A stretch of 36,961 nt of DNA, from the NCBI RefSeq assembly GCF_006345805.1, contig NW_021828098.1:1-36961 (forward strand), in the 5' to 3' direction. A model generated the notes under the pieces. It did not search any database and was not told the DNA's origin. It saw only the letters and a program-made list of their open reading frames with translations. Shown here piece after piece: positions 11,691 through 23,998 of this stretch. Position 1 is the stretch's first letter. The number at the start of each line of letters is the position of its first letter. The stretch is from Octopus sinensis (Eukaryota). The position numbers and the translations under genes were made by a program.

Positions 11691-12173
11691 CACATGCACA
11701 TATTTATACACACATATACATACATGTATATACATATGTATATTTTTATACATATGTTTGTGTACATGTATGTAGGTATATCCTGGGCAATTAGATGCCA
11801 ATGATCTTTTACACTTAAACAACGACCATAAAACTTATCTAGACACCCCAAAATTGAGGTGTTTTTTTTTATGTTTTTAATCCAATTAATTTCCTTCATC
11901 GATTCACAGCCCTGGTGTCTCACAAAATATTAAAACAAAGATGAAGAAAATACTTTTGATGTTTACATTTCTTTCTGTCAGAGATTATAAAGAAAATCTA
12001 GCTTTTGCACGATTTGTTTTTCAAAGATGTTTACAACATCCACACCAAAAAAGATAAAAGACAACAGAAGCAAAAGTGTATATTCAGGCACAAAATTAAA
12101 TAATAGCACAATTTTATTTAAGAGACGTTTGGTAGATGTTATAATATATTTAGTACTACCTAAATACTCTGGG

Positions 12174-12500
12174 TGAAGGTGCATGGCTCAGTGGTTAGAG
12201 CGTCGAGCTTACGATCGTGAGGTTGTGAGTTCAAATCCCAGAACTGGCTGTGTGTTGTGTTGTTGAGCAAGACACTTTATTTCACGTTGCTCCAGTTCTC
12301 TCAGCTGTAGAAATGAGTTGCGACTTCTCAGGTGCCAAGCTCTATCGGCGTTTGCCTTTCCCTTGGATGACATCGGTGGCATGGAGTGGGGAGGCCAGTA
12401 TGCATGGGCGACTGCTGGTTTTCCATGCCTGGACTTGTGCCTGGAAGGGTATCTTCCTAAGTGCAATCCCATGGTCAGTCATGACCGAAGGGTGTCTCAG
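12174..12500 (+). mobile_element. tRNA(Arg)-like SINE, family B
   Basis: A-box tggctcagtgg, anticodon-like cttacgatc, B-box gagttcaaatcc; homologous to 21022-21325(-) and 35317-35651(+). Confidence 0.9.
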
Positions 12501-12739
12501 CAAATACTCTAGAACATTGATATCTATTTATCTATATCTATCTTCCTTCTTTTATTCTCTTACTTGTTTCAGTTATTTGATTGCAGCCATGCTGGAGCAC
12601 CACCTTGAAGGGTTTTTAGTTGACCCCAGGGCAATATATATATATATATATATATAATATATATATACATACATAGATAAATAGATATAGAAAAATACAT
12701 ATCCAGACACACACACACACACATAAATATATATATATT

Positions 12740-13276
12740 GTGCCACCGGCACAGAAGCCAGTCAAGGCAGAACTGGCATCGGCCAGCACCATCTGAACGT
12801 GGCCAATACCAGCGCCGCCTTGACTGGCTTCAGTGCCGGTGGCACGTAAAACGCACCAACCGATCGTGGCCGCTGCCAGACTCCCCTGGCACCTGTGCCA
12901 GTGGCACGTAAAAAGCACCCACTACACTCTCGGAGTGGTTGGCATCAGGAAGGGCATCCAGCTGTAGAAACACTGCCAGATCAGACTTGAGCCTGGTGCA
13001 GCCTCCTGTCTTCCCAGGCCCCGGTCGAACCGTCCAACCAGTGCTAGCACGGAAAACGGATGCTAAACGATGATGATGACGATATTGGTGTTACATTAAA
13101 AAATCCCAATGCCCTGTGACTGGCTCCCATGCTGGTGACATGTAAAAATCATTCACTACACTCTCAGAGTGGTTGATGTTAGGAAGGGCATCCAGCTGTA
13201 GAAACCTTGCCAGTCCTCAGTCAAACTGTCCAACCCATGCCAGCATGGAAAAGGGACGTTAAACGATGATGATGAT
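12740..13276 (+). mobile_element. Two family-D retroposon copies (12740-13082 and ~13115-13276)
   Basis: Same internal repeats and core; each ends in aaacgatgatgatga. Confidence 0.88.
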
Positions 13277-13459
13277 ATGTATGTATATATACATATATAT
13301 ATATATATGTATTTTAGGTAGTGGGTAGCGATTTTCTTCACTACTTCAGGGAGTGATGACCCTGCCTGACACAAGTCCCAGGCTCAGCTGGTTCCGGCTG
13401 ACATCCTCAGGTGTCACAAAATACATTAAGAATGAGAACCAAGGTTTGAAATTTCCCCA

Positions 13460-13507
13460 AGACACCTGATTGAAGGCCAGAGGGTATATCAGCTGAAATG
13501 TTGTGTT
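13460..13507 (+). ncRNA. Degenerate minimal type I hammerhead motif in a Penelope-like 3' fragment
   Basis: gacac-CTGATTGA-aggccagagggtatatcagct-GAAATGTT-gtgtt; stem I gacac/gtgtt pairs; core has one extra nucleotide and a CG>TG change. Confidence 0.55.
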
Positions 13508-13595
13508 AACAACAAACATGATGAGGACAAATATCCTTCAAATGTAAATAATGTACATAATTCCTCATCCATTAGATATAGAACTAAAAGAAGCC

Positions 13596-13599
13596 TGTC

Positions 13600-13637
<38 letters not shown>

Positions 13638-13835
13638 GTGTGTTTGTGTTTGTTCCTCCACCATCATTTGACAACTGATGTTTACGTGTTTAGGATCCCA
13701 TAACCTTGTGGTTCAGCAAAAGAGTCCAATAAAATAAGTAGTAGGCTTACACAGTATAAGTCCTGGGGGTCGCTTTCTTCAGCTAAAAGATGGTGCTCCA
13801 GCATGGCCGCAGTCAAAATGATTGAAACAAATAAA
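13596..13835 (+). mobile_element. SINE family A, 3' half
   Basis: Aligns to 6090-6345. Confidence 0.85.
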
Positions 13836-14039
13836 AGAATATGCTTACACATACACACACACACACATCACCATCATCACACAGAAACCCCACTACACAC
13901 ACACACACACCACACACACACACACACACACATGCACGCACACAGTAAATGCAGACAAAACATCCAAATACCTCTCTCCTCTCCTCTTTAGTTCAGCTGA
14001 AAAGTCTCCCCCCCTCTTCATCTCTCCATCAACAAATAA

Positions 14040-14200
14040 CAATTTCGATCCAGACAATTCCTGAGATGAATCCATGTTGCTTATCTAAATGGAATATAAT
14101 GGATTGTTGAATGATTCGTTTTCGTCTAATTTAAACCAATTCTCTTCCTGATGTTATCAACCTCAGAACTTGTTAAATATCTCCTTATGTAAAATGCTTC
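14040..14200 (-). pseudogene. Possible heavily decayed LINE reverse-transcriptase relic
   Basis: Minus-strand fragments ..DNIRKRI.. and QHGFISG resemble the 'ERII..QHGF' region of CR1-type RT; several stops and frameshifts. Confidence 0.25.
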
Positions 14201-14471
14201 ATATTCTTCACTGATAAAGAATTCCTATCGTCATCATCATCATTATTTTCAAGCTCACCATTCTCATCCTCACTGGCATTGTCGTTGTAATCATCATGCT
14301 TATCACCGTCATTATCTTCATCATTATCATTCTCATCCTCACTGCCATGGTCGTTGTCATCGTCCTCCTCCTCCTCCTCATCATCATCACCATCATTCTA
14401 TTATCCCTGAGAGTGTAGTGGGTGCTTTTACGTGCCACTGGCACGAGGGCCAGTCAGGCGCTTCTGGCGTG

Positions 14472-14745
14472 AGTGATGTCATTGTAGAATATACATGCAG
14501 CAAGTTTAGATGGAGTGGACATGTCGCCTGGCTCACCAATAATCGGTGGACCTGTGCAGTTGTTGAATGGTACCCGCACAAGTGGAAAATGACCACTCAG
14601 AAGGCCTCCACAATGGTGGAGTTACGATTTTAGGACTGTGATTGGGACCACGTGGATGAGGAAGGCGTGATCCAGAGAGGAGTGGACAGTGTGCTGTGAC
14701 CAGCGGTGTCAAATGGACACCCGACTGACTGGTCAGTCAAGGTGA
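14472..14745 (+). mobile_element. RTE-clade LINE 3' fragment
   Basis: Translation DVIVEYTCSKFRWSGHVAWLTNNRWTCAVVEWYP matches the RTE C-terminal motif KWRWAGHVAR..DNRW...EWYP; ends in the hairpin gactgactggtcagtc. Confidence 0.85.
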
Positions 14746-14789
14746 TATATATATATATATATTATATATATATATGTATATATTGCTGA

Positions 14790-15642
14790 CATGGTTGATG
14801 ACAGTACTGCCTGATTGGCACTCGTGCCAATGGAACGTTAAAAGCACATCCGAACGTCGGGTGTAACTGGCTCACCTATGTGTACCCCTCATTCACTGGA
14901 CAATGAACTTTGCTTGCGAAGAACTATTGAGGCAAGTGAAAACAAATCAAAATCGCTGATGTGGATGATGATAGGACCACCTGATTGGCACTCGTGATGC
15001 TGGAATGTTAGAAGCACATCCGAGCATGATAGTTGCCAGAGCCATGGATTGGCTCCTGTGCCGGTGGCATGTGAAAAGCACAATTCGAGCGTGATCGTTG
15101 CCAGCATTGCCTTACCAGCACATGTGCCAGTGGCATGTAAAAAAAAAAAAAAATTTGAGCATGGTCTTTGCCAGTGTTGCTGGACTGGTCCTGTGCAGGT
15201 GGCACGTAAATAGTACCTTTTGAGTGTGGTCATTGCCAGTACTGTCTGACTAACCCTCATGCCGATGGCACGTAAAAGCACTCACTACACTCTCAGAGGG
15301 GTTGACATTAGAAAGGGCATCCAGCTATAGAAACTTTGCCAGATCAGATTGAGCCTGGTGCAGCCTCTCGCTCACCAGTCCTCAGTCAAACCAGCTGAAT
15401 GCCTTTCCTAACACCAACCACTCAGAGAGTGTATTGGATGCAGTTTACATGCCAACAGCATGGGAGCCAGTCAGGTGGCACTGGCATTGACCACATTCGG
15501 GTGGTCCTTTTTACATGTCACTGGCACAGGAGCCAGTCGGGGGCCACATTTGGTTTGGATGGTGCTTTCTACATGCCACCAGCACAGGAAGCCACTATAT
15601 ATACACACATACACACACACATACATAAATACATACATATAC

Positions 15643-15695
<53 letters not shown>

Positions 15696-16150
15696 TATAT
15701 AGTGAATTGCATAAACAGCCCCAGTCCAGTCAAAAGTGTCTTGGATCATAGGGTAACCTGCTGTGCTTGAGGAGATCTATTGAGTCAAGTACATCAACAT
15801 CAAAATGAAAATCAAAAGGAAATTGTAGTTGTGATACCTGTACCGGTGGCACATAAACTGCACCATCCGAATGTGGCTGATACTACCTTGACTGGCTTCC
15901 ATGCTGGTGGCACGTAAAAAACACCAACCGATCATGGCCGTTGCCAGCCTCCTCTGGCGCCTGTGCCAGTGGCATGTAAAAAGTACCTACTACACCCATG
16001 GAGTGGTTGGCATTAGGAAAGGCATCCAGCTGTACAACCTCTGCTAGATCAGACTGGAGCCTGGAGCAGCCTCCTGGCTTCCCAGACCCCGGTCGAACCG
16101 TCCAACCCATACATCATGGAAAACAGACGTTAAATGATGATGATGATGAT
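14790..16150. mobile_element. Cluster of family-D retroposons (14790-15395 +, 15400-15600 -, 15715-16150 +)
   Basis: Repeated gtgcc.gtggcacgtaaaa units and core; the 15715-15830 extension resembles 14900-14960, suggesting a longer parent element. Confidence 0.85.
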
Positions 16151-16163
16151 GATATATATGTGT

Positions 16164-16205
<42 letters not shown>

Positions 16206-16679
16206 GATGGACTTCCATGCAGTTTCTTTCTATCAAATTTGTATTCATACACAAAGCATTGATTACCCCAGAGCTACAAATGACTAATATAATATTTATA
16301 ACATGGAAATTTACTCAAAGTATTCTTACTATTATGAATACACTATGAATTATGTTATAATCTAATCCCCCACCTGCCAGAAATGAATTCTTACCAGTTT
16401 ATTTTATGGTTAATATTATATTTGTAACTTAATGAAACAAAATAAGACTTAACATTCTTCTTTATGACTAACGTCACATTTGAAACTTTAAAAAATAAAC
16501 AATTTTAAATGTGTTTTTGTAATTCTTTTCTTATGACCAATGTTGTATCTTAATCTGAATTCAAAGAATTAAGTCTTGCAGTTATTCATTCTGACTAATG
16601 CAGAATTTCTAAAGATAACTTAATTCAAAGAATTAAATCTTAGCTAATTCTTATTATGACTGATGTTACATGTAGACAC

Positions 16680-16860
16680 ATAGATGCAAGCATGGCTGTC
16701 TGGTTAAGAAATTTACTCAGCATTCATGTGGTTTAGAGTTTGTTCATCCTGCATGGCACCATTGTCAGGTGTTGTCTATCATATATAGAACTGGGCTGAC
16801 CAATTTCTTGTGAGTATAATGGTTAGAGATACTGTGAGGAAACTCATCATATATCTCTAT
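16680..16860 (+). mobile_element. Old, degenerate SINE family A copy
   Basis: tggctgtctggttaagaaattt...gggctgaccaatttcttgtgagt aligns to the family A head and core. Confidence 0.6.
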
Positions 16861-16978
16861 ATTCATATATCTCTATCTATATCTGTTATATATATATATA
16901 TATATATATATGTAGGTCCCTGGTTGATTTGGGGTTAACCACAGTAAATAAGGTACTCAATACATAGCAGAGTAAACT

Positions 16979-17104
16979 TAATTTATTATATAGAAGGAGC
17001 TTCTACAGGACTAGAACTGTTTTATTCAAGAGAAATCTTCAGGAAGCTTCCTGAAGATTTCTCTTGAATGAAACAGTTCTAGTCCTGTAGAAGCTCCTTC
17101 TATA

Positions 17105-17114
<10 letters not shown>
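16979..17114. repeat. 136-bp near-perfect palindrome centred on AAG|CTT (17046/17047)
   Basis: 68-bp arms with no spacer and a single mismatch (T17023/G17070). Confidence 0.97.
17045..17095 (+). ncRNA. Type I hammerhead ribozyme (Penelope-like element associated)
   Basis: Stem I agcttc(17045-50)/gaagct(17090-95); core CTGAAGA 17051-57; stem II ttc-tctt-gaa with a U.U closing pair; GAAA 17070-73; stem III acag/ctgt; predicted cleavage after GUA (A17089). Confidence 0.75.
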
Positions 17115-17142
<28 letters not shown>

Positions 17143-17143
<1 letters not shown>

Positions 17144-17531
17144 TCTTTTACTTGTTTCAGTCATTTGACTGTGGCCATGCTGGAGCACCGCCTTTAGTTG
17201 AGCAAATCGACCCCAGGACTTATTCTTTGTAAGCCTAGCACTTATTCTATCGTTCTCTATTGCCGAACCACTGTTACGGGAATGTAAACACACCATCAGT
17301 TCTCAAGTGATGGGAGGAGAGGACAAACACAGACACATAAACACATATATATACATCTATATATATATATACATGATGGGCTTCCTTCAGTTTCCGTCTA
17401 CCATATCCACTCACAAGGCTTTGGTCGGCCTGAGGCTATAGTAGAAGACACTTGCCCAAGGTGCCACACAGTGGGACTGAACCCAGAACCATGTGGATGG
17501 TGAGCAAGCTACTTACCACACAGCCACTCCT
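17143..17531 (-). mobile_element. SINE family A (full length)
   Basis: Reverse complement of 5937-6348. Confidence 0.92.
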
Positions 17532-17699
17532 ATATAATTAAAAAGGAATGTAAAAATACATTGCGAAGGATATATCATAAGCAATTAGTAATTATTTATG
17601 AATATCGATGGCCAAACATGTAATAATAAATTACATATGTTATATGTTATATATGCATAAACTATATTGCATACATATTATATGTATTCATATATGCAT

Positions 17700-17907
17700 C
17701 CTCCACTGGTGTCAAATCCATGCTGATGTCACACGAAATGCATCCAGCATGCCCTGTAAAGTGGTTGGAATTAAGGAGAGCATCCATCCATAGAAACTAA
17801 GCTACATTAAACTGGAACCTGGTGTAGATCTCCTGCTTGCCTGCCCTGATCAAACTGTCCAACCTATTCGATGGAAAACAGGCATTAAATGATCATGATC
17901 ATATGTA

Positions 17908-17940
<33 letters not shown>

Positions 17941-18330
17941 CATCATCATCATCATCGTCATCATCGTTTAACATCCGTTTTCCGTGCTAGCACAGGTTGG
18001 ACGGTTCGACCGAGGTCTGGTAAGCCAGGAGGCTGCACCATGCTCCAGTCTGATCTGGCAGTGTTTCTACAGCTGGATGCCCGTCCTAACGCCAACCACA
18101 CCGCGAGTGTAGTGGGTGCTTTTTACGTGCCACCAGCACAGGTGCCAGGAGAGTCTGACAGTGGCCACGATCGGTTGGTGCTTTTACCGTGCCACCAGTA
18201 TGGAAGACAGTCAAAGTGGCGCTGGCATCGGCCACGTTTGGACGGAGCGTTTTATATGTCACTGGCACAGAAGCCAGTCGAGGCGGTGCTGGCATCGCCC
18301 AGGACGCTGGCATTGGCCAGGCGCTGGCAT
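17700..18330. mobile_element. Family-D retroposons tail to tail (17700-17900 + degenerate; 17940-18330 -)
   Basis: (CAT)n tail at 17941-17964 followed by gtttaacatccgttttccgtgctagc, core and internal repeats. Confidence 0.85.
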
Positions 18331-18788
18331 CATATATATATATATATATATAAAAGTAAAGAAATATATATATATACACACATATAACATATGTATCTAT
18401 ATGTGTATATATGTATTATGTTAATAAAAAATATATATGTAGCATATGGTATAATTATAAACAGGGCAAACTTTAGCCATTTCTCTGCAGACTGAAAAAA
18501 TATGATGAACAACCTTAATCGATTTTCAAACCTTATTGGGTTCTTATCAGTGAACTTATGGGTCAGACCACGCTGGATAGTCACGCTCTAGGTGACCACC
18601 GCACTTCAAGGGGGCCCAGACTATATTAAGGGGTAGCAGCCGGCAGGTGCATGTCTCCAGTATCGGTCGGCACGATGCCTGAGACGTCAGCCTAAGACGC
18701 ATCATTCTGACAGTCTCCAGAGAAACAAGTAGCCAAACTGTTTGTATACTTAACAAATGCAGCAGTTGCTCTGTGAAGGAGTTCCTAA

Positions 18789-19078
18789 TATATGTATATA
18801 ATTTAGAGAAAAGCCTTTATTAAACAATTCAATGATGGAAGATATTATTCACACCATATAAAAAACATAAACTATAAAAACCTAATTCTAAAAATCAATA
18901 AAGTACAATAAATAGTAATGTGCGTAGTCTTTTTACTACTATTTACTAATCATTGTACTTTATTGATTTAAAATAAGGTTTTTTTTTTATAGAATATGTT
19001 TTCTATATGGTGTGAGTAACATATCTCTTTATTGAAATTGTTTAATAGAAGTTTTTCTCTAAATTATATGCATATATA
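18789..19078. repeat. Imperfect AT-rich inverted repeat, ~130-bp arms
   Basis: tataatttagagaaaa..cacaccatata..aatcaataaagtacaat is mirrored by attgtactttattgattt..tatatggtgtgag..ttttctctaaattata. Confidence 0.85.
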
Positions 19079-19176
19079 TATATATAAATAAATAAATAAG
19101 GTTTAACCATTAAAGGTGTTTTTTGATATGCTGCCATTGATAAAATATTTTCGAAAAAATTTTATCCTACATTAGT

Positions 19177-19212
<36 letters not shown>

Positions 19213-19286
19213 GAAATTTGATTTAAAATTCTAAATTGAATTTTTCCATGTAAGTTTTGGAATTATATTCCCGACTGTTATTGTTT

Positions 19287-19356
<70 letters not shown>

Positions 19357-19828
19357 TATATATATACATATATATAGTATATATATATATGAGAAAATGA
19401 AAAAAAGTGGGGAAATATTGACATACAGACGTTATTTATTTGAAGACATTCAAATTCATGCAGAGAAATTCCTGCCTACAGCTGTTTCCACACCGACTCA
19501 ATTCAATTACAGAAATAGAATTCAAATTTCCATATACATACGTACATACATACATCTTGGAAGTGCTGATTAGTGATATATTTATAAATGCAGACTTGTT
19601 ACCAGTTCAAATGTACTTTGAGCATAGTGAAAACTTTAAGAAAGCCATTCTCCAGTAGAAAATTTTCTCACTGTAAACAATATGGTGTAACAACACCAAA
19701 TCAGTTCAAAGCACCCTATAGCATTCAGTGCATCAATAAGTCAGGTCTCTTTTACATCCTGAGATCAAATCATAAGGCTCACATTTTCTTCCATCCTTCG
19801 TGTGTAGAGATGGTCAGTGCCTTATAAA

Positions 19829-20048
19829 CCCTTTCGTTACTAGCCTGGCTGAAACCGGCTCTGGCTCTGAGTACAAATGTCTTGTTTTCATAAGTTCTGA
19901 ATTAAAATCTTCCACCAAACCTTTGTCACAATTTATGTTCCTAACACTAGCTTAATGATAACTAAGTTATTTTACTAAATTCTTTGTTATATTTAAAGTA
20001 ATTGAAAGAAACACAGAGCATCTCAAAATAAATACAGTAATGAAAGGG
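19829..20048. mobile_element. piggyBac-type MITE
   Basis: TIRs CCCTTTCGTTAC / GTAATGAAAGGG; TTAA on the right (20049-52) and TAAA on the left (19825-28). Confidence 0.8.
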
Positions 20049-20164
20049 TTAAGGCAGAGGTAAATGCGTGTCAGTTGTCTGGTGGTGAGCAATCCACAGA
20101 TCTAGTGACTCAATGCTGACTTATAACTGGTTATTGAGAAATAAATACTAGAGGTCCTAACTTA

Positions 20165-20380
20165 AGTAGAAGCTGAGTTTGAAAGCTGGTTGGATCATTA
20201 GCACGCCGAACAAAATGCTTAGTGGTATTTTCGTCTGTCTTCATGTTTTGAGTTCAAATTCTCGGGTCCACTTTCTGTTTCACATTTTCAAGGTTGTTAA
20301 AATAAGTACCGGTTAAATACTGGGGTTGATGTCATTGATTTCCCCCCTACCCTGTCCATCTGTTGAAATTTGAAACCAAT
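20165..20380 (+). mobile_element. Degenerate SINE family C
   Basis: ttagcacgccgaacaaaatgcttagtggtattttcgtctg..gagttcaaattc..aataagtacc aligns to 32996ff. Confidence 0.7.
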
Positions 20381-20595
20381 TTAACTCTTTCACTCTGCCA
20401 AATATAACGCATTTTTTATTCCCATTGTTTTAAATTAATCATGTATAGTCTCATATCTATGAGATTTTAATGATGTTATTGCCTATTTTTAGAATGACAT
20501 TGTAGGCTACGTGTGAGAGGCTAGATCCAGTCAGTTTAAATATAAAACCGGAGGCATATTTGGGCCAAATATGGCTGGTTTAAATGCTAAAGGTG
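20381..20595. mobile_element. Degenerate piggyBac-type MITE (second family)
   Basis: Ends ttaactcttt / aatgctaaaggtgaa; homologous to 33655-33870 (tttgaattaa..tgatgatgt..aatgacattgtagg). Confidence 0.6.
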
Positions 20596-21021
20596 AAAAC
20601 AGAAGGCCAGAAATTTTTAAAGGGAATGATGAGGCATTGCCATCAACCCCAGAATGTAACTGGTATCTATGATACAGAGTTATGAGGTACTCTTTATCTC
20701 AGTTTTTGATTGCTACTATATTTCATTTCAAAGAATGAAACCCAAGTTACTCTTAGTGGGATTTGAACTCTGAATATGAAGAACCATAGTAAACAATGTA
20801 AAGCGATTAGATCTCAATGCATTGATTTGCTGGCAGACATGGTAGTCTGTGATGGTTTTCAAGCAGCATTGGATAAAGTAGAGGTCAAGTGAAAAATTTG
20901 GTCTACTTTGTACACTTGACTATACATGCACAGGTGTGTGTGTCTACACGCATACATACACACATACATACCTAAGTGTGTATGTGTGTGTATATATATA
21001 TATATGATATATATATGATTG

Positions 21022-21325
21022 CACCTAGAAAGTTACCCTTCAAGGCACAAGTCTGGGCAAGGTTGTTTATAGAAGACCAGCAGTCGCCCATGCATCCCGG
21101 CCTCCCCTCTCCATGCCACCAGTGTTATCCAAGGGAAAAGCAAAGGGGGCGATACAGCATGGCATCTGTGACGTCGCAACTCATTTCTACAGCTGAGTAA
21201 ACTGGAGCAACATGAAATAAAGTATCTTGCTCAAGAACACAACACGCAGCCCGGTCCAGGACTCGAACTCACAACCTCACGATTGTAAGTTCGACGCTCT
21301 AACCACTGAGCCATGTGCCTTCACA
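21022..21325 (-). mobile_element. SINE family B
   Basis: Reverse complement of 12174-12480. Confidence 0.9.
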
Positions 21326-21729
21326 TATAGGATATACGATATAAGCACACATATATAAATGTATACACACTCAAATATATATATATACATACAAAGAGAC
21401 ATACGTGCGTACTGACTAACATAAATACATACTTGCATGCACACATGCACGCACATATACATTCTTCCGTGTATTTTATATAGCTTTGTAGCTATATATA
21501 TAACATTAAACAACCATTATATTGAAAGAGTAGTCGTATGAAAGATTGTTCACAAGAAAACTTCTTTATGTGAACGATTCTCAGAATGAAGTAGAATTTG
21601 AGTAAGAATTAATCCTAGAATGTCGGAATGAAAAAAAAATACCGTTCTCTTTTGTTCTTTTATTTTTCCTGTCTCTTCTCATAGATGTTTTTCTTTCTTT
21701 TGTTTCTTTCCTTTTTTTTCTTTCTTTCT

Positions 21730-21777
<48 letters not shown>

Positions 21778-22137
21778 TAGATGGATTAAAGCAGTAAGAG
21801 AAATAGGAAACAATATATTAGGATTATTTCTATAGAATAATCTCTTAGGAAACAGGTTTTCAATGAGAAATATCAGCAAAACTTGGAGAAAGACAGAAAT
21901 TATGTAGAAACCGACTATAAACATCTTCTCGTATATATATATAAACTGATGGAGATTGTAAGATGTTTTACATCATCAGCTTCATTGTTGTTGTCGGCAT
22001 CAGTAGTGGTGGTGGTGGTGGTGGTGATGGCATCATCATCATCATCATCATCGTTATCGTCCTTGTCCTTGCCACTACAAGCACAGCCCGTAGCCATCAT
22101 CACTGTTAATGCCACTAATGCTGTTGTCATTGCTATT

Positions 22138-22549
22138 ACTCTTTTAACTCTTTCACTTGTTTCAGTCGTTTGACTGCGGCCATGCTGGAGCACCGCCTTT
22201 TAGTCGAGCAAATCGACACCCAGGATTTATTCTTTGTAAGCTTAGTACTTATTCTGTCGGTTCTCTTTTGCCAAACCTCTAAGTTACAGGGACATAAACG
22301 CACCAGCATTGGTTGTCAAGTGATGTTGGGGGGGGGGGACAAACACAGACACACAAACATATACATATATATATATATACGACGAGCTTCTTTCAATTTC
22401 AGTTTCCATCAACCAAATCCACTCACAAGGCTTTGGTTGGCCAGAGGCTATAGTAAAAGACACTTGCCCAAGGTGCCATGCAGTGGGACTGAACCTGAAA
22501 CCATGTGGTTGGTAAGCAAGCTACTTACCACACAGCCACTCTTGCGCCT
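22138..22549 (-). mobile_element. SINE family A (full length)
   Basis: Reverse complement of 5937-6348. Confidence 0.92.
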
Positions 22550-22632
22550 ACTGTTAATATTCCGAAATGTTATTATTTTCATCATTATCATCATCATCAT
22601 TGTCATCATCATCATCATCATCATTATTATGG

Positions 22633-23128
22633 CTGCGAGCTGGCAGAATTGTTAGCAGGCTGGGTAAAATGCTTACTGATATTCCATTAGTTGCTATGTT
22701 CTGAGTTCAAATTCCACCGAGGTCGACTTTGCCTTTCATCCTTTCGGGGTAGATTAAATAAGTACAAGTTACGCACAGGGATTGATGTAATCAACATAAT
22801 CCCATCCCCATAGCTGCCCTTGTGGCAGAAATTCTCCTTCTTCTTCTTCGTCTTCTTCTTCTTCTTTTCTTCTTCTTCTTCTTCTTCTTATTCTTCTTCT
22901 TCTTATTATTATTATTATTAAGGTGGTGAGCTGACAGAATTGTTCGTATGTCAGGCAAAATGCTAAGCGATATTTCACCTGTCGCTATGTTCTGAGTTCA
23001 ATTTCCGCCAAGGTTATCTATGCCTTTCACCCTTTCAGGGTCAATAGATTAAGTACCAGTCAAACAATGGTGGTTGATGCAATTGACTAGTCCCCTCCCG
23101 CAAAATTTCAGGCCTTGTGCCTATAGTA
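22633..23128 (+). mobile_element. Two SINE family C copies (22633-22830, 22920-23128) separated by (CTT)n/(ATT)n
   Basis: gcgagctggcagaattgttagc..gagttcaaattcc.ccgaggtcgactttgcctttcatcctttcgggg. Confidence 0.85.
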
Positions 23129-23140
23129 GAAAGGATTATT

Positions 23141-23203
<63 letters not shown>

Positions 23204-23628
23204 TTCCTTCTTTCTTCAAATTTTCTTCCATTTCTCGCTGAGTGTTTTCCATACACCTAGGGCAGAGAAGCCCATTGTATTATCATTATTATTATTATTA
23301 CTATTATTATTATTATTATCATTATTATTATTATTCTATGTTTGACTTTTGCTTATGTCTGTACAAGTTGGCTCCAAGTCTCACCCAGAGACCTCAGGAG
23401 ACAACAGGTTGAAAGTTCTGTGCCATATATTTGGGTTTTTTTTTTTTTTGGTGTTGTACTAGTGAATGTCTAATACATAAAAAAAATAAATAAATGAAAA
23501 AAAAATAAAAAATAAAAATACGAATAAAAAAAGTTTGTTTTAAACCTTGGGATTACATAGAGAGTATTTTGCGTAGGATATGGGCAGTTCCCATGAGCAC
23601 TATCTTTTGAATTTCTGCCATTTTGGGG

Positions 23629-23673
<45 letters not shown>

Positions 23674-23954
23674 CATTATTATTATTACTAGTTTTTTTCT
23701 TTGTTTCATCTCAGCAGGGACGGGTGATGAGACTGTTATTTGAAACATCTTAAACTTTTCATTTCCATCTTGCGTTTCAACGAACCTTTTCCTCGCATCA
23801 GAAATCAGAAAAACAACAAAAACCAAACTGCAGCGTGAAATGGAATTCTGCAGACAAATTCTTTGCACTCACTCTTCGCCTCCATTAACCTGTCAAAAAT
23901 TCCTCCATTGTTTCTTTGAATGCTGCAGGTTAATAGCTTTTACATATATTTCCT

Positions 23955-23998
<44 letters not shown>

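Noticed and set aside
14990-15290. CRISPR array
   Set aside because: Linkers are mutually homologous, the unit is part of a dispersed retroposon, there are no cas genes and the context is eukaryotic
19455-19510. Minus-strand GAAACAGCTGTA hammerhead half with palindromic stem III
   Set aside because: The CUGANGA half reads ttgaattga and stem I does not pair; at best a truncated relic
21779-21800. Acceptor followed by WIKAVRE (PH-domain-like end)
   Set aside because: The polypyrimidine tract is a (CTTT)n microsatellite and the frame stops after 17 codons
23700-23930. Unique CpG-containing segment as an exon
   Set aside because: All plus-strand frames from the cagcag acceptor hit stops; the minus-strand ORF has no homology and runs into (ATT)n
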